A stretch of 64,000 nt of DNA from Myxococcota bacterium. GTDB taxonomy: Bacteria > Myxococcota_A > UBA9042 > PHBI01 > JAWLBL01. The notes beneath the pieces are model-generated. The model was given only the letters and a program-made list of their open reading frames with translations. It ran no database searches and was not told the origin of the DNA. Each line of letters begins with the position of its first letter. Within the stretch, counting starts at the first letter, position 1. Made by a program: the position numbers and the translations under genes. The stretch covers positions 1-64,000 of the forward strand of contig JAWLBL010000019.1 in the NCBI GenBank assembly GCA_041687695.1. Reading direction: 5' to 3'. Below, piece after piece: positions 30,495-40,616 of this stretch.

Positions 30495-32876
30495 TCAGGG
30501 CTCGGGGGTCTCGAGCTGGGCCGTGGCCACCCGCAGGGGCACGCCGAGGCGGGTCGTCTCGCCGGACCGCAGGGGCGTGAGCGGCTTGTCGAGATCCTCG
30601 GGGTCGATGACCCAGGGCGGCTCGGGGACCTTGTCGAGCTCGTAGAAGCCGCCGCAGAAGATGGCGTGCGGGCAGCCGTGGCACACGGGCTTCCGGACGC
30701 GCCGCTCGGCCAGGTACTCGGCCAGGTTCACGTCCTCGTTGTTCACGAAGATCATGTGGCGCGAGAGCTTGCCGAGGTCGCCCGTCATCCAGCGCTCGTA
30801 GCCGGGCATGAAGCAGAAGGGCAGGTTGATGATCTGCAGCTTCATGCGCTCGTGCCAGCGGTCGATGACGCCCATGGCGATGTCGGCGGCGGCCTGGGTG
30901 TCCGGCGCGATGTGGCTGGTCGCGCGGCCGAAGGGCGTCAGGAACTGGATGTTCAGCCAGCGCAGCCCCAGATCCCAGGCGAGCTGGGCGACGTCCTCGA
31001 GGCGCTTGAAGTTGCCCTTGGTGATGGTGATGTTCATGCCCAGGTCGACGCCGGCCGGGGCGTGGGCCAGGCAGTTGCGGATGCCCTGGACCGACTGCTC
31101 GAAGGCCTCGGCGACGCCGACCTGCTGGGCGTGGCTCTTGGCGTCGGGGCCGTGGATCGAGAAGAGGAGCGTCGTCAGGCCCGAGCGGACGAGCTTGCTG
31201 GCGTACTCGTCGTAGGCGCACAGGCGCCCGTTGGTCGTGACGTTGATGCGGTCGTAGCCGATGCGGCGGGCGTACTTGACGAGCGGGACCAGCTCGGGGT
31301 TGAGCGTGGGCTCGCCGCCGTCGAAGTCGACCATGTGCACGCCCTGGGCGCGGTAGCGGTCGAGGTGCTCGCGCTGGCGGGTCGGGTGGCCGTCGAACTG
31401 GGTGCGGGTGCCGACGGCGCAGAAGGTGCAGTGGTTGTTGCAGACGTAGGTGACGTTGAGGATGACCTTCTGCGGCGCCCGCATGGCCTCGAGGCGCTGG
31501 TCCAGCGTCCACTTGAAGCGGCCGAGGGTCTCGGCGTCGACCAGGGCGCCGGGTTGGCTGGGGCGCGTCTGGAACAGGGGGCCCCAGTCGCTGACCGCCG
31601 GGAGGGGGCCGGCCTCGGCGAGCTGCGTGCCGGGCAGGGGCGTCGCGAACTGGACGGCCGGGTAGGCGCCGAAGCGCTCGTAGAGGTCGAGGGCGAACTC
31701 GAGCGTCAGGTTGATCTCGGTCGCCGTCTCGCCCGGCAAGCCGATGATGTAATGGATCATCAGCGGGACGCCGGCCTCGTGGGCGCTCTGGGCGGCGCGG
31801 ACGATGGCGTTCAGATCGAGGCGCTTTCGGACGATCTCGTCGAGGACGCGCTGGACGCCGCTCTCGGCGCTGACGCTGACCGTCGAGACGAGGCCGCGCA
31901 TCAGGGCGAAGTGGGCGGGCTCGAGGTAGTCGGCCCGCATGCCGTTGGGGCAGTCGAAGCGGACGCCGAGGGCGTGGACGGTCTCGAGGAAGGTGTCCCA
32001 GTGGCGCTCGTTGACGTTGATGAGCTCGTCGATGGCCTCGAGGCGGGTGGCGCCGTGGTCGCGGACGAGGGTGGTCAGGTAGGCGCGCAGGCGCTCGGGC
32101 GAGTAGCGGCGCTGGGTCTTGGGGGCGCCGGGGTCGCGGCCCGGGTTCGAGCTGCAGTGCGTGCAGACGAAGGGGCAGCCGCGCGAGGTGACCAGCGGGA
32201 GCGTGCGGCCGTCGATGGGGAAGGCCCAGGGGCCGCGGCCGAGGTTGCCGACGACGCGGGCCGAGAAGCGGTCGCGGGCGTCGAGGTCGACGAGATCCCA
32301 GGCCGGGAAGGGCAGGGCGTCGAGGCTGGGCGGCGAGACGCCGCGGTGGGTGCCCTCGGGACGCTGGCCGCGGGACACCAGGGCGTCGAGCAGCGCGGGG
32401 ACCGTGACCTCGGCCTCGTACTTCACCCAGGCGGCGGCCTCGGGGTAGCTGGCCAGGACGTCGGGGCCGTGGGCTTCGACGTAGTGCTGGCCCGACTGGT
32501 AGCAGTCCGCCAGGAGGACCGGGGCGGCGGGGAAGGCGTCGGCCAGGCCGGCGAGCAGCTCGCCGAGGACGTCGTCGCGCGCGGGTGGGCGGTGGAAGGG
32601 CGTGTAGGCCACCACGACCAGGTCGGGGGTCGGGCCGGCCGTGGCGGCGGCCAGCACCTCGGAGGTCGGGGCGCCGAGGTGGGCGCGTCCGTCCGGGCGC
32701 CAGGCGAGGGTCGAGCCGGGCAGCGCGTAGGCGTCGACGAGCGTCACGGCGGCGCCGCGTTCTCGTAGCACCGACGCCACCTGCACGGCGCCGAGGTCCG
32801 CCAGATATGGATAGTCGATGAAGTCCCGTGCTATCGTCACGGGCGGATGGATGATGATGACGCGCGGACCCGACAT
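30495..32876 (-). CDS. Cobalamin-binding (class B-like) radical SAM fused to a second radical SAM domain (maturase 3)
   Basis: N-terminal HPP...LG..VA..L...VDA B12-domain-like start; TSRGCPFVCTHC, SAESG, IIGLPGET; second motif CNNHCTFC, DGGEPT, TTNG; PFC...CHGCPHAIFCGG. TATGCT lies 6 nt upstream of the ATG. Confidence 0.88.
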   Translation of the reverse strand: MSGPRVIIIHPPVTIARDFIDYPYLADLGAVQVASVLRERGAAVTLVDAYALPGSTLAWRPDGRAHLGAPTSEVLAAATAGPTPDLVVVAYTPFHRPPARDDVLGELLAGLADAFPAAPVLLADCYQSGQHYVEAHGPDVLASYPEAAAWVKYEAEVTVPALLDALVSRGQRPEGTHRGVSPPSLDALPFPAWDLVDLDARDRFSARVVGNLGRGPWAFPIDGRTLPLVTSRGCPFVCTHCSSNPGRDPGAPKTQRRYSPERLRAYLTTLVRDHGATRLEAIDELINVNERHWDTFLETVHALGVRFDCPNGMRADYLEPAHFALMRGLVSTVSVSAESGVQRVLDEIVRKRLDLNAIVRAAQSAHEAGVPLMIHYIIGLPGETATEINLTLEFALDLYERFGAYPAVQFATPLPGTQLAEAGPLPAVSDWGPLFQTRPSQPGALVDAETLGRFKWTLDQRLEAMRAPQKVILNVTYVCNNHCTFCAVGTRTQFDGHPTRQREHLDRYRAQGVHMVDFDGGEPTLNPELVPLVKYARRIGYDRINVTTNGRLCAYDEYASKLVRSGLTTLLFSIHGPDAKSHAQQVGVAEAFEQSVQGIRNCLAHAPAGVDLGMNITITKGNFKRLEDVAQLAWDLGLRWLNIQFLTPFGRATSHIAPDTQAAADIAMGVIDRWHERMKLQIINLPFCFMPGYERWMTGDLGKLSRHMIFVNNEDVNLAEYLAERRVRKPVCHGCPHAIFCGGFYELDKVPEPPWVIDPEDLDKPLTPLRSGETTRLGVPLRVATAQLETPEP

Positions 32877-32947
32877 GAGGGCAGCATAGACGGTCCGACG
32901 CTGCGCGTCCAAGGCGGGCGACCGCGGGACACGCGACGGGGGCGACG

Positions 32948-34801
32948 ATGACGGGTGTGGCGGCCACGAGGCCGACGGCGGAAGGCGGTCACGCCGTCCC
33001 GGTGATGGCGGAGACGCGGGCCGTCCACGAGGAGGCCGCGCACGAGCGCCGCAACTGGGTGCGGCTCACCTTCGACTGCAACAACCGGTGCATCTTCTGC
33101 CTGGACTCGGACTCGCTCGACGGCGACATCCGCGACCGCGAGGACATCCGGCGGCAGATCGTCGAGGGGCGCGACAAGGGGGCGACGCGCCTCATCCTGT
33201 CGGGCGGCGAGCCGACGATCCACCCGCGGTTCATCGAGTTCGTCCGCCTGGGCAAGCGGCTGGGCTACCGCAAGGTGCAGACCGTCACCAACGGACGGCT
33301 GTTCGCCTACCCCGAGTTCCTGCGCAAGGCGCTCGACGCGGGCCTCGACGAGATCACGTTCTCGCTGCACGGTCCCAACGCGCGCGTCCACGACGCGCTG
33401 GTCGGCGTCAAGGGCGCCTGGGAGCAGGAGGTCGAGGGCCTGCGCAACGCGCTGGCCGACGGACGTCCGGTCGTCAACATCGACATGGTCATCAACCGCG
33501 GCAACGTGCGGCACCTGCCCGAGATGATGCGGCTGTACACGCAGATGGGCGTGCGCGAGTTCGATCTGCTGCAGGTCGTCCCGTTCGGGCGCGCGTTCAC
33601 CGAGGGGCGCGAGACCCTGTTCTACGACCTCGAGGAGGCGCGGCCCTACCTGCTCGAGGCGTTCGCCTACGCGCGCAAGCCCGGGATGCACATCTGGCTC
33701 AACCGGTTCCCGCCGCAGCACCTCGAGGGCTTCGAGGACCTCATCCAGGACCCGTACAAGCTCAACGACGAGGTGCGGGGGCGCAAGGAGCAGTTCGAGC
33801 GGCTGCTCGACGCGGGCGTGCCGCTGGACTGCCGCGAGCCGGCGCGTTGCAAGCACTGCTACCTCGAGCCGCTGTGCGACACGCTGGACGAGGTCCGCGA
33901 GGTGGCGGCCGAGGCGCGCTTCGAGGTGCTGCGCGTCGACCCGACGTTCGAGGCGACGTTGCCGCCGGAGATCGGTGGGGATCCGGCCAGCGCGAAGTGG
34001 ATCGAGGCCCAGGAGCGCATGCAGGCCGAGGCGGCGGCGAGCGGCGAGGGCGAGGCGGGGCGGCGGTCGCGCATGGGGCTGCCCATCGTGACGGTGCGGC
34101 CGCCGGCGCCGGCGGTCAGCCTGCCCGAGCTCGCGGCGCGGGCCGGGGCGCGCGCGCTGTGGGTGGTGGCCGCCGATCTGGGGGCGGCGCTGGCCGAGGC
34201 CGAGCGGTTCCCCGGGCTCGCGGAGCTGGAGCTGGAGCTGGCGTCGTACGCGGGGCTGGCCGAGGCGCTCGGCGACGGCGACCGCCTGGGAGACCGGCGG
34301 CTGGTGCGGGCGCTGGCGGCCGACGCTGCCCAGGCGGCCGAGCTGCTGGCCGTCCCGGGGGCCTTCGAGGTCGCGCTGGCGCTGACCAAGGAGAGCGCCG
34401 CGTGGGTGTTGGGGCTCGAGGCGGCGCCGGCGCGGCTGGTGCTGCGACAGCCGACCTACGAGCGCGTCACCGAGGCGCTCGAGCGCGACGTCGAGCCGGC
34501 CTCGCTGTTCCCGCGGCTGCCGCCGGAGGTCCCGGTCGAGGGCGTGCCCCGGTGCATCTCGGGCCGCGCGCCGCGCCCGCGGCCGGCCGTGCTGGACGGG
34601 GCGATGACGGCGCCGTCGGGGCGTCTCGAGATCTTCCGGTACGCGCGGCGCTTCATCGCGTCGCGCTTCGTGAGCAAGTCGCTGCGCTGCCGCGGCTGCG
34701 CCTTCTTCGACGCCTGCGAGGGGGTGCACGTGAACTACGCGCGCGCGCACGGCTACGGCGTCCTGCAGCCGGTCCCGGCGACCGAAGGGGGCACGTCGTG
34801 A
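32948..34801 (+). CDS. Radical SAM peptide maturase 4 (long form)
   Basis: CNNRCIFC, SGGEPT, VTNG; internal DC...CKHCYLEPLC; terminal PRC...CRGCAFFDACEG. Start could be ATG 33005. Confidence 0.9.
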   Translation: MTGVAATRPTAEGGHAVPVMAETRAVHEEAAHERRNWVRLTFDCNNRCIFCLDSDSLDGDIRDREDIRRQIVEGRDKGATRLILSGGEPTIHPRFIEFVRLGKRLGYRKVQTVTNGRLFAYPEFLRKALDAGLDEITFSLHGPNARVHDALVGVKGAWEQEVEGLRNALADGRPVVNIDMVINRGNVRHLPEMMRLYTQMGVREFDLLQVVPFGRAFTEGRETLFYDLEEARPYLLEAFAYARKPGMHIWLNRFPPQHLEGFEDLIQDPYKLNDEVRGRKEQFERLLDAGVPLDCREPARCKHCYLEPLCDTLDEVREVAAEARFEVLRVDPTFEATLPPEIGGDPASAKWIEAQERMQAEAAASGEGEAGRRSRMGLPIVTVRPPAPAVSLPELAARAGARALWVVAADLGAALAEAERFPGLAELELELASYAGLAEALGDGDRLGDRRLVRALAADAAQAAELLAVPGAFEVALALTKESAAWVLGLEAAPARLVLRQPTYERVTEALERDVEPASLFPRLPPEVPVEGVPRCISGRAPRPRPAVLDGAMTAPSGRLEIFRYARRFIASRFVSKSLRCRGCAFFDACEGVHVNYARAHGYGVLQPVPATEGGTS

Positions 34802-35856
34802 CGACCGCCGAGGCCAGCGCCCTCGGGCGCGAAGAGGTCGTCCAGCGCATCCAGACCCGGCAGGAGCGCATCCACGTCGCCATCGGCCCGGTCTGCAACA
34901 ACAACTGCATCTTCTGCATGGAGGAGGACCGCGTCGCGCGCGAGGTCGTCAACGGCTCGATGACCCCCGAGCGCGTGCGCCGCATCCTCGAGGCGAGCGC
35001 CGGGTCCGAGGAGGTGTGCTTCACCTCGGGCGAGCCGACGATGGTCGCCGAGCTGCCGCGCTACGCCCGCTGGGCGCGGCGCCTCGGCTACCGGCGCGTC
35101 AGCGTGATGACCAACGGCCGGCGCCTGTCGCACGCGCCCTACGTCGAGCACCTCGTCAAGGCCGGCATCAACTTCTTCTATGTCTCGATCCACGGCCACA
35201 CGCAAAAGCTCCACAGCGGCCTCGTTCGCGAGCCGGCGGCCTTCGAGCAGACGGTCGCCGGGCTCGACAACGTCTCCGCCTACAAGCGCGAGGGCGTGAC
35301 CCTGCACACCTCGACCGTGGTCACGCGGCGCAACGCCCCCTACTTCGCCGAGATCTATCGGTTCTTGCGCTCGCACGGCGTCGATCAGGTGGTCTTCAAC
35401 GTCATGCAGGCCAACGGCCGGGCCCACACCTACTTCGAGCAGCTCTTCCCGAAGTACACCGACATCGCCGCCGGCTTCGCCGCGTTCCTGAAGGACGAGC
35501 CCGAGCAGCCCGCGCAGGCCTTCCTGGTCGACATCCCGCTGTGCACGACCACGAACCTGCCGGACTTCAACCGCGGCTACGTCGAGCGCTACCTGCACTA
35601 CGAGCCCAAGGGGTTCCAGCAGCTCGAGCTCGGCGAGCGCGACGCGCCGGCGCCGGACGACGACCTCGTCGCGGTGACGCGCGCCGACCTCGACCGCAGC
35701 GAGCGCCTCAAGCGCCCCGAGTGCGCGAGCTGCCGATACGAGCCCGCCTGCGAAGGGGTCTGGAAGAACTACCTCGCCCGGTACGGATGGGACGAGATGG
35801 TCCCGGTCCCGCACCCGGCCGCGCCCGACGACGCCGCGAGGGCCACGCCTACGTGA
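34798..35856 (+). CDS. Radical SAM peptide maturase 5
   Basis: GTGA overlap; CNNNCIFC, TSGEPT, MTNG; PLC...CASCRYEPACEG. Confidence 0.9.
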   Translation: MTTAEASALGREEVVQRIQTRQERIHVAIGPVCNNNCIFCMEEDRVAREVVNGSMTPERVRRILEASAGSEEVCFTSGEPTMVAELPRYARWARRLGYRRVSVMTNGRRLSHAPYVEHLVKAGINFFYVSIHGHTQKLHSGLVREPAAFEQTVAGLDNVSAYKREGVTLHTSTVVTRRNAPYFAEIYRFLRSHGVDQVVFNVMQANGRAHTYFEQLFPKYTDIAAGFAAFLKDEPEQPAQAFLVDIPLCTTTNLPDFNRGYVERYLHYEPKGFQQLELGERDAPAPDDDLVAVTRADLDRSERLKRPECASCRYEPACEGVWKNYLARYGWDEMVPVPHPAAPDDAARATPT

Positions 35857-37652
35857 CGACGTCGGCTCGCGAGCGAGCGCCTCGGGTCGCAAGCGAGGTG
35901 GCCGTCGTGGCCGTCGAGGGGCCGTGCAACGACCGCTGCGTCGTCTGTCCCGTGCCCGAGCCACGACGCGTGGCGCCCGCCCAACCGGCCGCCGTCGCGG
36001 CCAGCCTCGCGCGCGCGGTCGCCCAAGGGGCCGACTCGGTCGTGTTCGCGGGCGGCGAGCCGACCCTGCTGCCGCGCTTCGTGGAGCACGTGCGGGCCGC
36101 GCGTCAAGCGGGCCTGGCGGTCGGCGTCGTCACCAACGGGCGCATGTTCGCCTACGCGCGGCTCGCGCGGGCCGCCGCGCGCGCGGGCCTCGGCTCCGCG
36201 ACGGTGGCGGTCCACGGGCCCGACGCCGCGACCCACCAGGCCGTCTCCCGCTCCGAGGGCTTCGACCAGGCGCTCGAGGGGGCGCGCCACCTGGCCGCCT
36301 GCGGCGTCGAGGTGACGCTGCGGCTGACCCTGCTCGCGGCGTCGCTCGACCGACTCGCCGACCTGCCGGCGCTGCTCGATCGGACGGGCGCCGCCCGGCT
36401 GGCGCTCGAGCTGCCCGATGCGGTCGAGGAGGGGGTCGAAGTCGCGCGGCGCGACGCGGCCGAGGTGGCCGTCGCGGCGCTCGTCGACCGGTTCGCGCGG
36501 TCGAGGCTGTCGGGGCGGCTCGACGTCGCGGCGCTGCCTCCGTGCTGGACCGGCGGCGCCAGCGGCGGCGTCGCGCTCCGGCCAGGCGCGGTGTTCGCGG
36601 CCCCGTGCGCCGACTGCTCGCTCCGCAGCCGCTGCCCCGGGCTGCCTGCGGCGATGGTCGACGCGCTCGGAGACGCGGCGGTGGCCCCGTTCCGCGTGGT
36701 CCGCTCGAACTCCTTCAACCTCGTGCCCCGGCAGCGGCTGGACTGGCCGGCCGGCACGCCGTGCCCCTTGCTGGTCGGGGCGCCCGCGCCGCGCTCGAGC
36801 GCCGACCGCGCGATCCACCTGCGCTCGGACGGCGCGCTGGTTCGCCACGAGACGACGACCGGCGACTTCGTCGACGCCGAGCTGCGGCGGGTCCTGCGCG
36901 ACTCGGGCCAGCTCTACGTCGACGTCAGCGACAAGGACGCGCCCGACGACTTCGCCGCCGACCTGCGCAAGCTGGTCGTGGCCACCGAGTGCGACGAGTG
37001 CCCTCGCCAACGCCGCTGCGGCCGCGCGTGGCAGGTCGACCAGCGCGATGTCTTCGGCGCCGACGACGCCCTGGTCGCGCAACGCATCGCGACGCTGAGC
37101 GGCGACGTGCTGGACGTGGGCTGCGGGCATGGCCCCTACGGCGAGCTGCTGGCGCCCTTGGCGAGCGGCGGCGCGCTGCGCTACGTCGGCCTCGAGCCCG
37201 ACGAGGCCCGGGTCCGCGAGCTGCGGGCGCGGTGGCCCTGGGCGACCCTGATCGCGGCCACCGCCGAGGAGGCACGCTTCGCGGAGGCGTCGTTCGATCA
37301 CGTGCTGATCCTGAGGAGCTACAACCACCTCGCGGCGCCTCGCGCGGTGCTGGCCGCCGTCACGCGAGCCCTGAGGCCGGGCGGGACGCTGCTGGTCGTC
37401 GACAACGAGGCCTTCGGGTTGGTCCGGACCCGCGAGGCGGCGGCGCGGGCCGAGGCCGGGTCGGCCGAGCACGAGCACTACCGCAACGACGGCGCCGCCG
37501 AGGCGCTCGAGGCGATGCGCGGGCTGCCGCTGACGCTGCTCGCGCGCGCCGACGTGGGGCCGGCGACCAGCAACCAGTGGCTGCTCCATCTGCGCAAGCA
37601 CGATGGCGACGCGGCCGCGCCTTCCTTGCTCCGGGGCGAGTCGGTGGTGTGA
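35853..37652 (+). CDS. Radical SAM / class I SAM-dependent methyltransferase fusion (maturase 6)
   Basis: GTGA overlap; CNDRCVVC, GGEPT, VTNG; CADCSLRSRCPG and CDECPRQRRCG; C-terminal VLDVGCGHG, FDHV, LRPGG methyltransferase motifs. Confidence 0.88.
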   Translation: MTTSARERAPRVASEVAVVAVEGPCNDRCVVCPVPEPRRVAPAQPAAVAASLARAVAQGADSVVFAGGEPTLLPRFVEHVRAARQAGLAVGVVTNGRMFAYARLARAAARAGLGSATVAVHGPDAATHQAVSRSEGFDQALEGARHLAACGVEVTLRLTLLAASLDRLADLPALLDRTGAARLALELPDAVEEGVEVARRDAAEVAVAALVDRFARSRLSGRLDVAALPPCWTGGASGGVALRPGAVFAAPCADCSLRSRCPGLPAAMVDALGDAAVAPFRVVRSNSFNLVPRQRLDWPAGTPCPLLVGAPAPRSSADRAIHLRSDGALVRHETTTGDFVDAELRRVLRDSGQLYVDVSDKDAPDDFAADLRKLVVATECDECPRQRRCGRAWQVDQRDVFGADDALVAQRIATLSGDVLDVGCGHGPYGELLAPLASGGALRYVGLEPDEARVRELRARWPWATLIAATAEEARFAEASFDHVLILRSYNHLAAPRAVLAAVTRALRPGGTLLVVDNEAFGLVRTREAAARAEAGSAEHEHYRNDGAAEALEAMRGLPLTLLARADVGPATSNQWLLHLRKHDGDAAAPSLLRGESVV

Positions 37653-37673
37653 AATGGGCGCGACGGAGGGGCT

Positions 37674-38924
37674 ATGACGGTCGGCGGCAAGGTGGTGTGG
37701 CGAATCGGGCTCGCGCTCGGGCTGATGGGGACCGCCGCGGTCGCGGACCGCGCCACGGCGTCGCCGCCGCCGCCGACGGGGTGGGTGGCGCCCGAGCGGC
37801 CGACGGGGGCTCGCCCGATCCCCGAGCCGTTGCCGCCGGGCAGCCCGACGAGCACGCCCTCGCCGACGGGGTGGGTGCCGCCCGAGCGGCCCACGACGGG
37901 GCCCGACGGCGAGCCGATCGAGGACGGGTTCTACTGCGAGTCGGCCGAGCGCGCGCGGCTCAAGGAGGCCGAGGGACGGCTGCGGGACGCCCAGGAGTAC
38001 TTCGATCGCGGCACCTTGCTGATGATCACGCAGGCCGAAGCGATCGCCCGCCGCTACTGGTACGAGCAGATTCGGCTCTGGTCATACAACCTTCCTGTCC
38101 CCGAGCGCGACCTGCCGCCGCTCGTGCCGAGCTCGGATCCGAACTGCCACGAGTTCGTCACGCCGCCGCTCGAGGTCTGCGACGACGTGCCGGGTGACGA
38201 CAAGGAGGCCTGCCAGATCTGGTGGTCCGCGCGCGCGGCGCTGCAGGGCGCGTCGACGGCCTGCGACGCGCTCAAGCCCGAGCTGCAGGTCGCCTGCCGG
38301 GCGCTGTCGGCCCGGCGAGCCAGGGTCTGCGAGGAGCACGACGACGCGAGGTGCCGCGAGTACATGGCGGCGGCCGCGCGGCCGATCCAGCCCGAGGACG
38401 TGGCCATTTTGGTCTCGGACGTCGAGGCGCCGTTCCGAAAGCTGCTGCTGCCGTCGCTGTTGAAGGGCACCAAGATCTGTGGCGACCGGAAGGCCAGCGC
38501 CGACCCCATCGCCTGGCGACGCTGCATGGCGGTCGTGAGTGGGGAGGAGCGCTGGTGCGAGGTCGAGCTGCGCGACGCCATCGTCGGCGAGCCGATCCGC
38601 GAGGAGCCGACCGTCCGAACCCTGCGGCTCGGGTTGCGCCTGGAGACGGCGACCACCAACGAGGCGATCCTGGGGGCCGAACGTGGCGGCCAGGGGCCGG
38701 AGTTCGGTGGGACCGTCCTGGCCGCCGTGCGATCGGGCGTGATGCAGGCCTGCGTCGTAGAGGTCGTGGTGAAGCTGGGCGATCGGGTCGTGGCGAGCTT
38801 CGACCGCGCCCTCCTGGCTCAGGCGGCGACCGAGCCGCTCATCCTGCCCATCTCGCAGCCCATCGACATCTGGAAGACCACGGTCGAGGTGCGGCCGATC
38901 TGTGTGCCGACGTACCAGTTCTGA
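37674..38924 (+). CDS. Secreted Cys-containing hypothetical protein with a duplicated PTGWVxPERPT motif
   Basis: Signal peptide; Pro-rich N-terminus with a 31-bp direct repeat (37771-37801 and 37861-37891). Start uncertain. Confidence 0.65.
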   Translation: MTVGGKVVWRIGLALGLMGTAAVADRATASPPPPTGWVAPERPTGARPIPEPLPPGSPTSTPSPTGWVPPERPTTGPDGEPIEDGFYCESAERARLKEAEGRLRDAQEYFDRGTLLMITQAEAIARRYWYEQIRLWSYNLPVPERDLPPLVPSSDPNCHEFVTPPLEVCDDVPGDDKEACQIWWSARAALQGASTACDALKPELQVACRALSARRARVCEEHDDARCREYMAAAARPIQPEDVAILVSDVEAPFRKLLLPSLLKGTKICGDRKASADPIAWRRCMAVVSGEERWCEVELRDAIVGEPIREEPTVRTLRLGLRLETATTNEAILGAERGGQGPEFGGTVLAAVRSGVMQACVVEVVVKLGDRVVASFDRALLAQAATEPLILPISQPIDIWKTTVEVRPICVPTYQF

Positions 38925-38984
38925 GGCGGGCCAGGAGGGCGGGGCCGAGGTGACGCCCGGCGGGACGGTCCGCGGGCGGGCGGG

Positions 38985-39893
38985 TCAGCCGTCCCGCCCA
39001 GTCAGCCGACGGAAGGCCTCGTAGTAGCGATCGGCGGTGCGCTGGGCGACCTCTGGCGGCAGCTCGGGGCCCGGCGGCTGCTTGTCCCAGCCGCTGTCGA
39101 GCAGCCAGTCGCGCACGATCTGCTTGTCGAAGCTGGGCTGCGATCGGCCCGGGGCCCACTCGGCGGCGTCCCAGTAGCGCGACGAGTCCGGCGTCAGCGC
39201 CTCGTCGATGAAGATGAGGTCGTCGCCCACGAGGCCGAACTCGAACTTGGTGTCGGCCAGCAGCAGCCCGCGCTCGGCGGCGCGCTCGGCGGCGAAGCGG
39301 TACAGGCGCAAGCTGGCGTCGCGGACGGCCTCGGCCCGGGCGCCGCCGATGATCGCCGCCGCCTCGTCGAAGCTGATGGGCTCGTCGTGCTGGCCCTTGG
39401 GCGCCTTGGTCGAGGGCGTGAAGATGGGCTCCGGGAGGCGGTCCGACTCGCGCAGGCCGGGGGGCAGCGCCACGCCCGAGACGCGCCCGGTCCGCTGGTA
39501 CTCGGACCAGCCGCCGCCGGCCAGGTAGCCGCGCACGACGGCCTCGATGCGGAGCGGCTCGGCCTTGCGGGTGACGACCGCGCGGCCCTCGAGCAGGCGC
39601 GCCGTCTCGGCGTCCCGAACGACGTCGGCCACCGAGGTCGACAGCAGGTGGTTGGGCAACAGCTGGGCGGTCTGCTCGAACCAGAAGTTCGACAGCTGCG
39701 TCAGGATCCAGCCCTTGCCGGGGATGGCCGTCGGCAACACGACGTCGAACGCGCTCAGGCGGTCGGTCGCGACGATGAGCAGGCGATCGCCGAGGTCGTA
39801 GACGTCGCGGACCTTGCCGCGATAGCCCAGGACGAGGCCCGGGATGCTGGACTCGGTGATCGGCGCCAGCGCGGAGGCGGGGATGGGGCTCAT
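38985..39893 (-). CDS. purC: Phosphoribosylaminoimidazole-succinocarboxamide synthase
   Basis: GKVRDVY, TDRLSAFD, EAVVRGY, TPSTK, DTKFEFG, DEALTPDSSRYW, SFDKQ. Confidence 0.97.
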   Translation of the reverse strand: MSPIPASALAPITESSIPGLVLGYRGKVRDVYDLGDRLLIVATDRLSAFDVVLPTAIPGKGWILTQLSNFWFEQTAQLLPNHLLSTSVADVVRDAETARLLEGRAVVTRKAEPLRIEAVVRGYLAGGGWSEYQRTGRVSGVALPPGLRESDRLPEPIFTPSTKAPKGQHDEPISFDEAAAIIGGARAEAVRDASLRLYRFAAERAAERGLLLADTKFEFGLVGDDLIFIDEALTPDSSRYWDAAEWAPGRSQPSFDKQIVRDWLLDSGWDKQPPGPELPPEVAQRTADRYYEAFRRLTGRDG

Positions 39894-39912
39894 TCGGGGG
39901 CTCCGGACGGGG

Positions 39913-40512
39913 TTAGAGCGGCCGCAGCCACAGGCCGCGCACCGAGCGGTCGGGGTTGAACACCATCAAGAGGCGGAAGCGGACGTCGCTGCGGCTCATG
40001 CGAAGCAGCACCTTCGCGGCCGGCATGTCGTCCTCCTCGTCGTCGATCCGGCTCAACCAGGCATCCATGACCAGCCCCGGCGGCCCGTGATGGGCGACGA
40101 CGCCGCGGATGATGGCGCCCAGCTCGCCCGGCGGCAGGGTGGCGGCCAGCGACGGGTCGAAGAGGGCGTGGACCTGCTCGTAGCGGCCGGCGAAGAGGTC
40201 GAGGGTCGCGTCGAGGGCGAGGCGGGCCTCGGGCGTGGCGGTCCGAAGGGCCGAGTAGCCGGGCAGGAGGCGGTCGGCCTCGGAGAGCGCCTCGGGGGTG
40301 GTGGGGGCCAGCTGCGCGCTCGTCGGCGGGGGCCCCGTCGGCGGTTGGGGCGTCGCGACCGGCGCCGGAGCCGGTGTCGGCGCCGGCGCGGCGGCCACCG
40401 GGGCCGGATCACAGGGGCCGCTCGGTGGCTCGGTCGCGGCCTGGCAGGCGGAGAGCGCTAGCGGCAAGACCGCGAGGCAGGCGGCGAGGCGGCGGCGTGA
40501 GGACGAGGACAT
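39913..40512 (-). CDS. Lipoprotein with DUF3887-like C-terminal domain
   Basis: GGAGAG RBS; lipobox LSAC; Pro linker; F.G.Y...F...L...G...GLWLRP pattern. Confidence 0.6.
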   Translation of the reverse strand: MSSSSRRRLAACLAVLPLALSACQAATEPPSGPCDPAPVAAAPAPTPAPAPVATPQPPTGPPPTSAQLAPTTPEALSEADRLLPGYSALRTATPEARLALDATLDLFAGRYEQVHALFDPSLAATLPPGELGAIIRGVVAHHGPPGLVMDAWLSRIDDEEDDMPAAKVLLRMSRSDVRFRLLMVFNPDRSVRGLWLRPL

Positions 40513-40616
40513 CGGCGGCTCTCCCGGCGTGGCGCGGGCGTGAGCCGCATCCATCGGCGTCGACCGTCATAGCATCGGGGCGACGGGAACGCACGGTCCA
40601 CGCGTCCGCGCACGGC

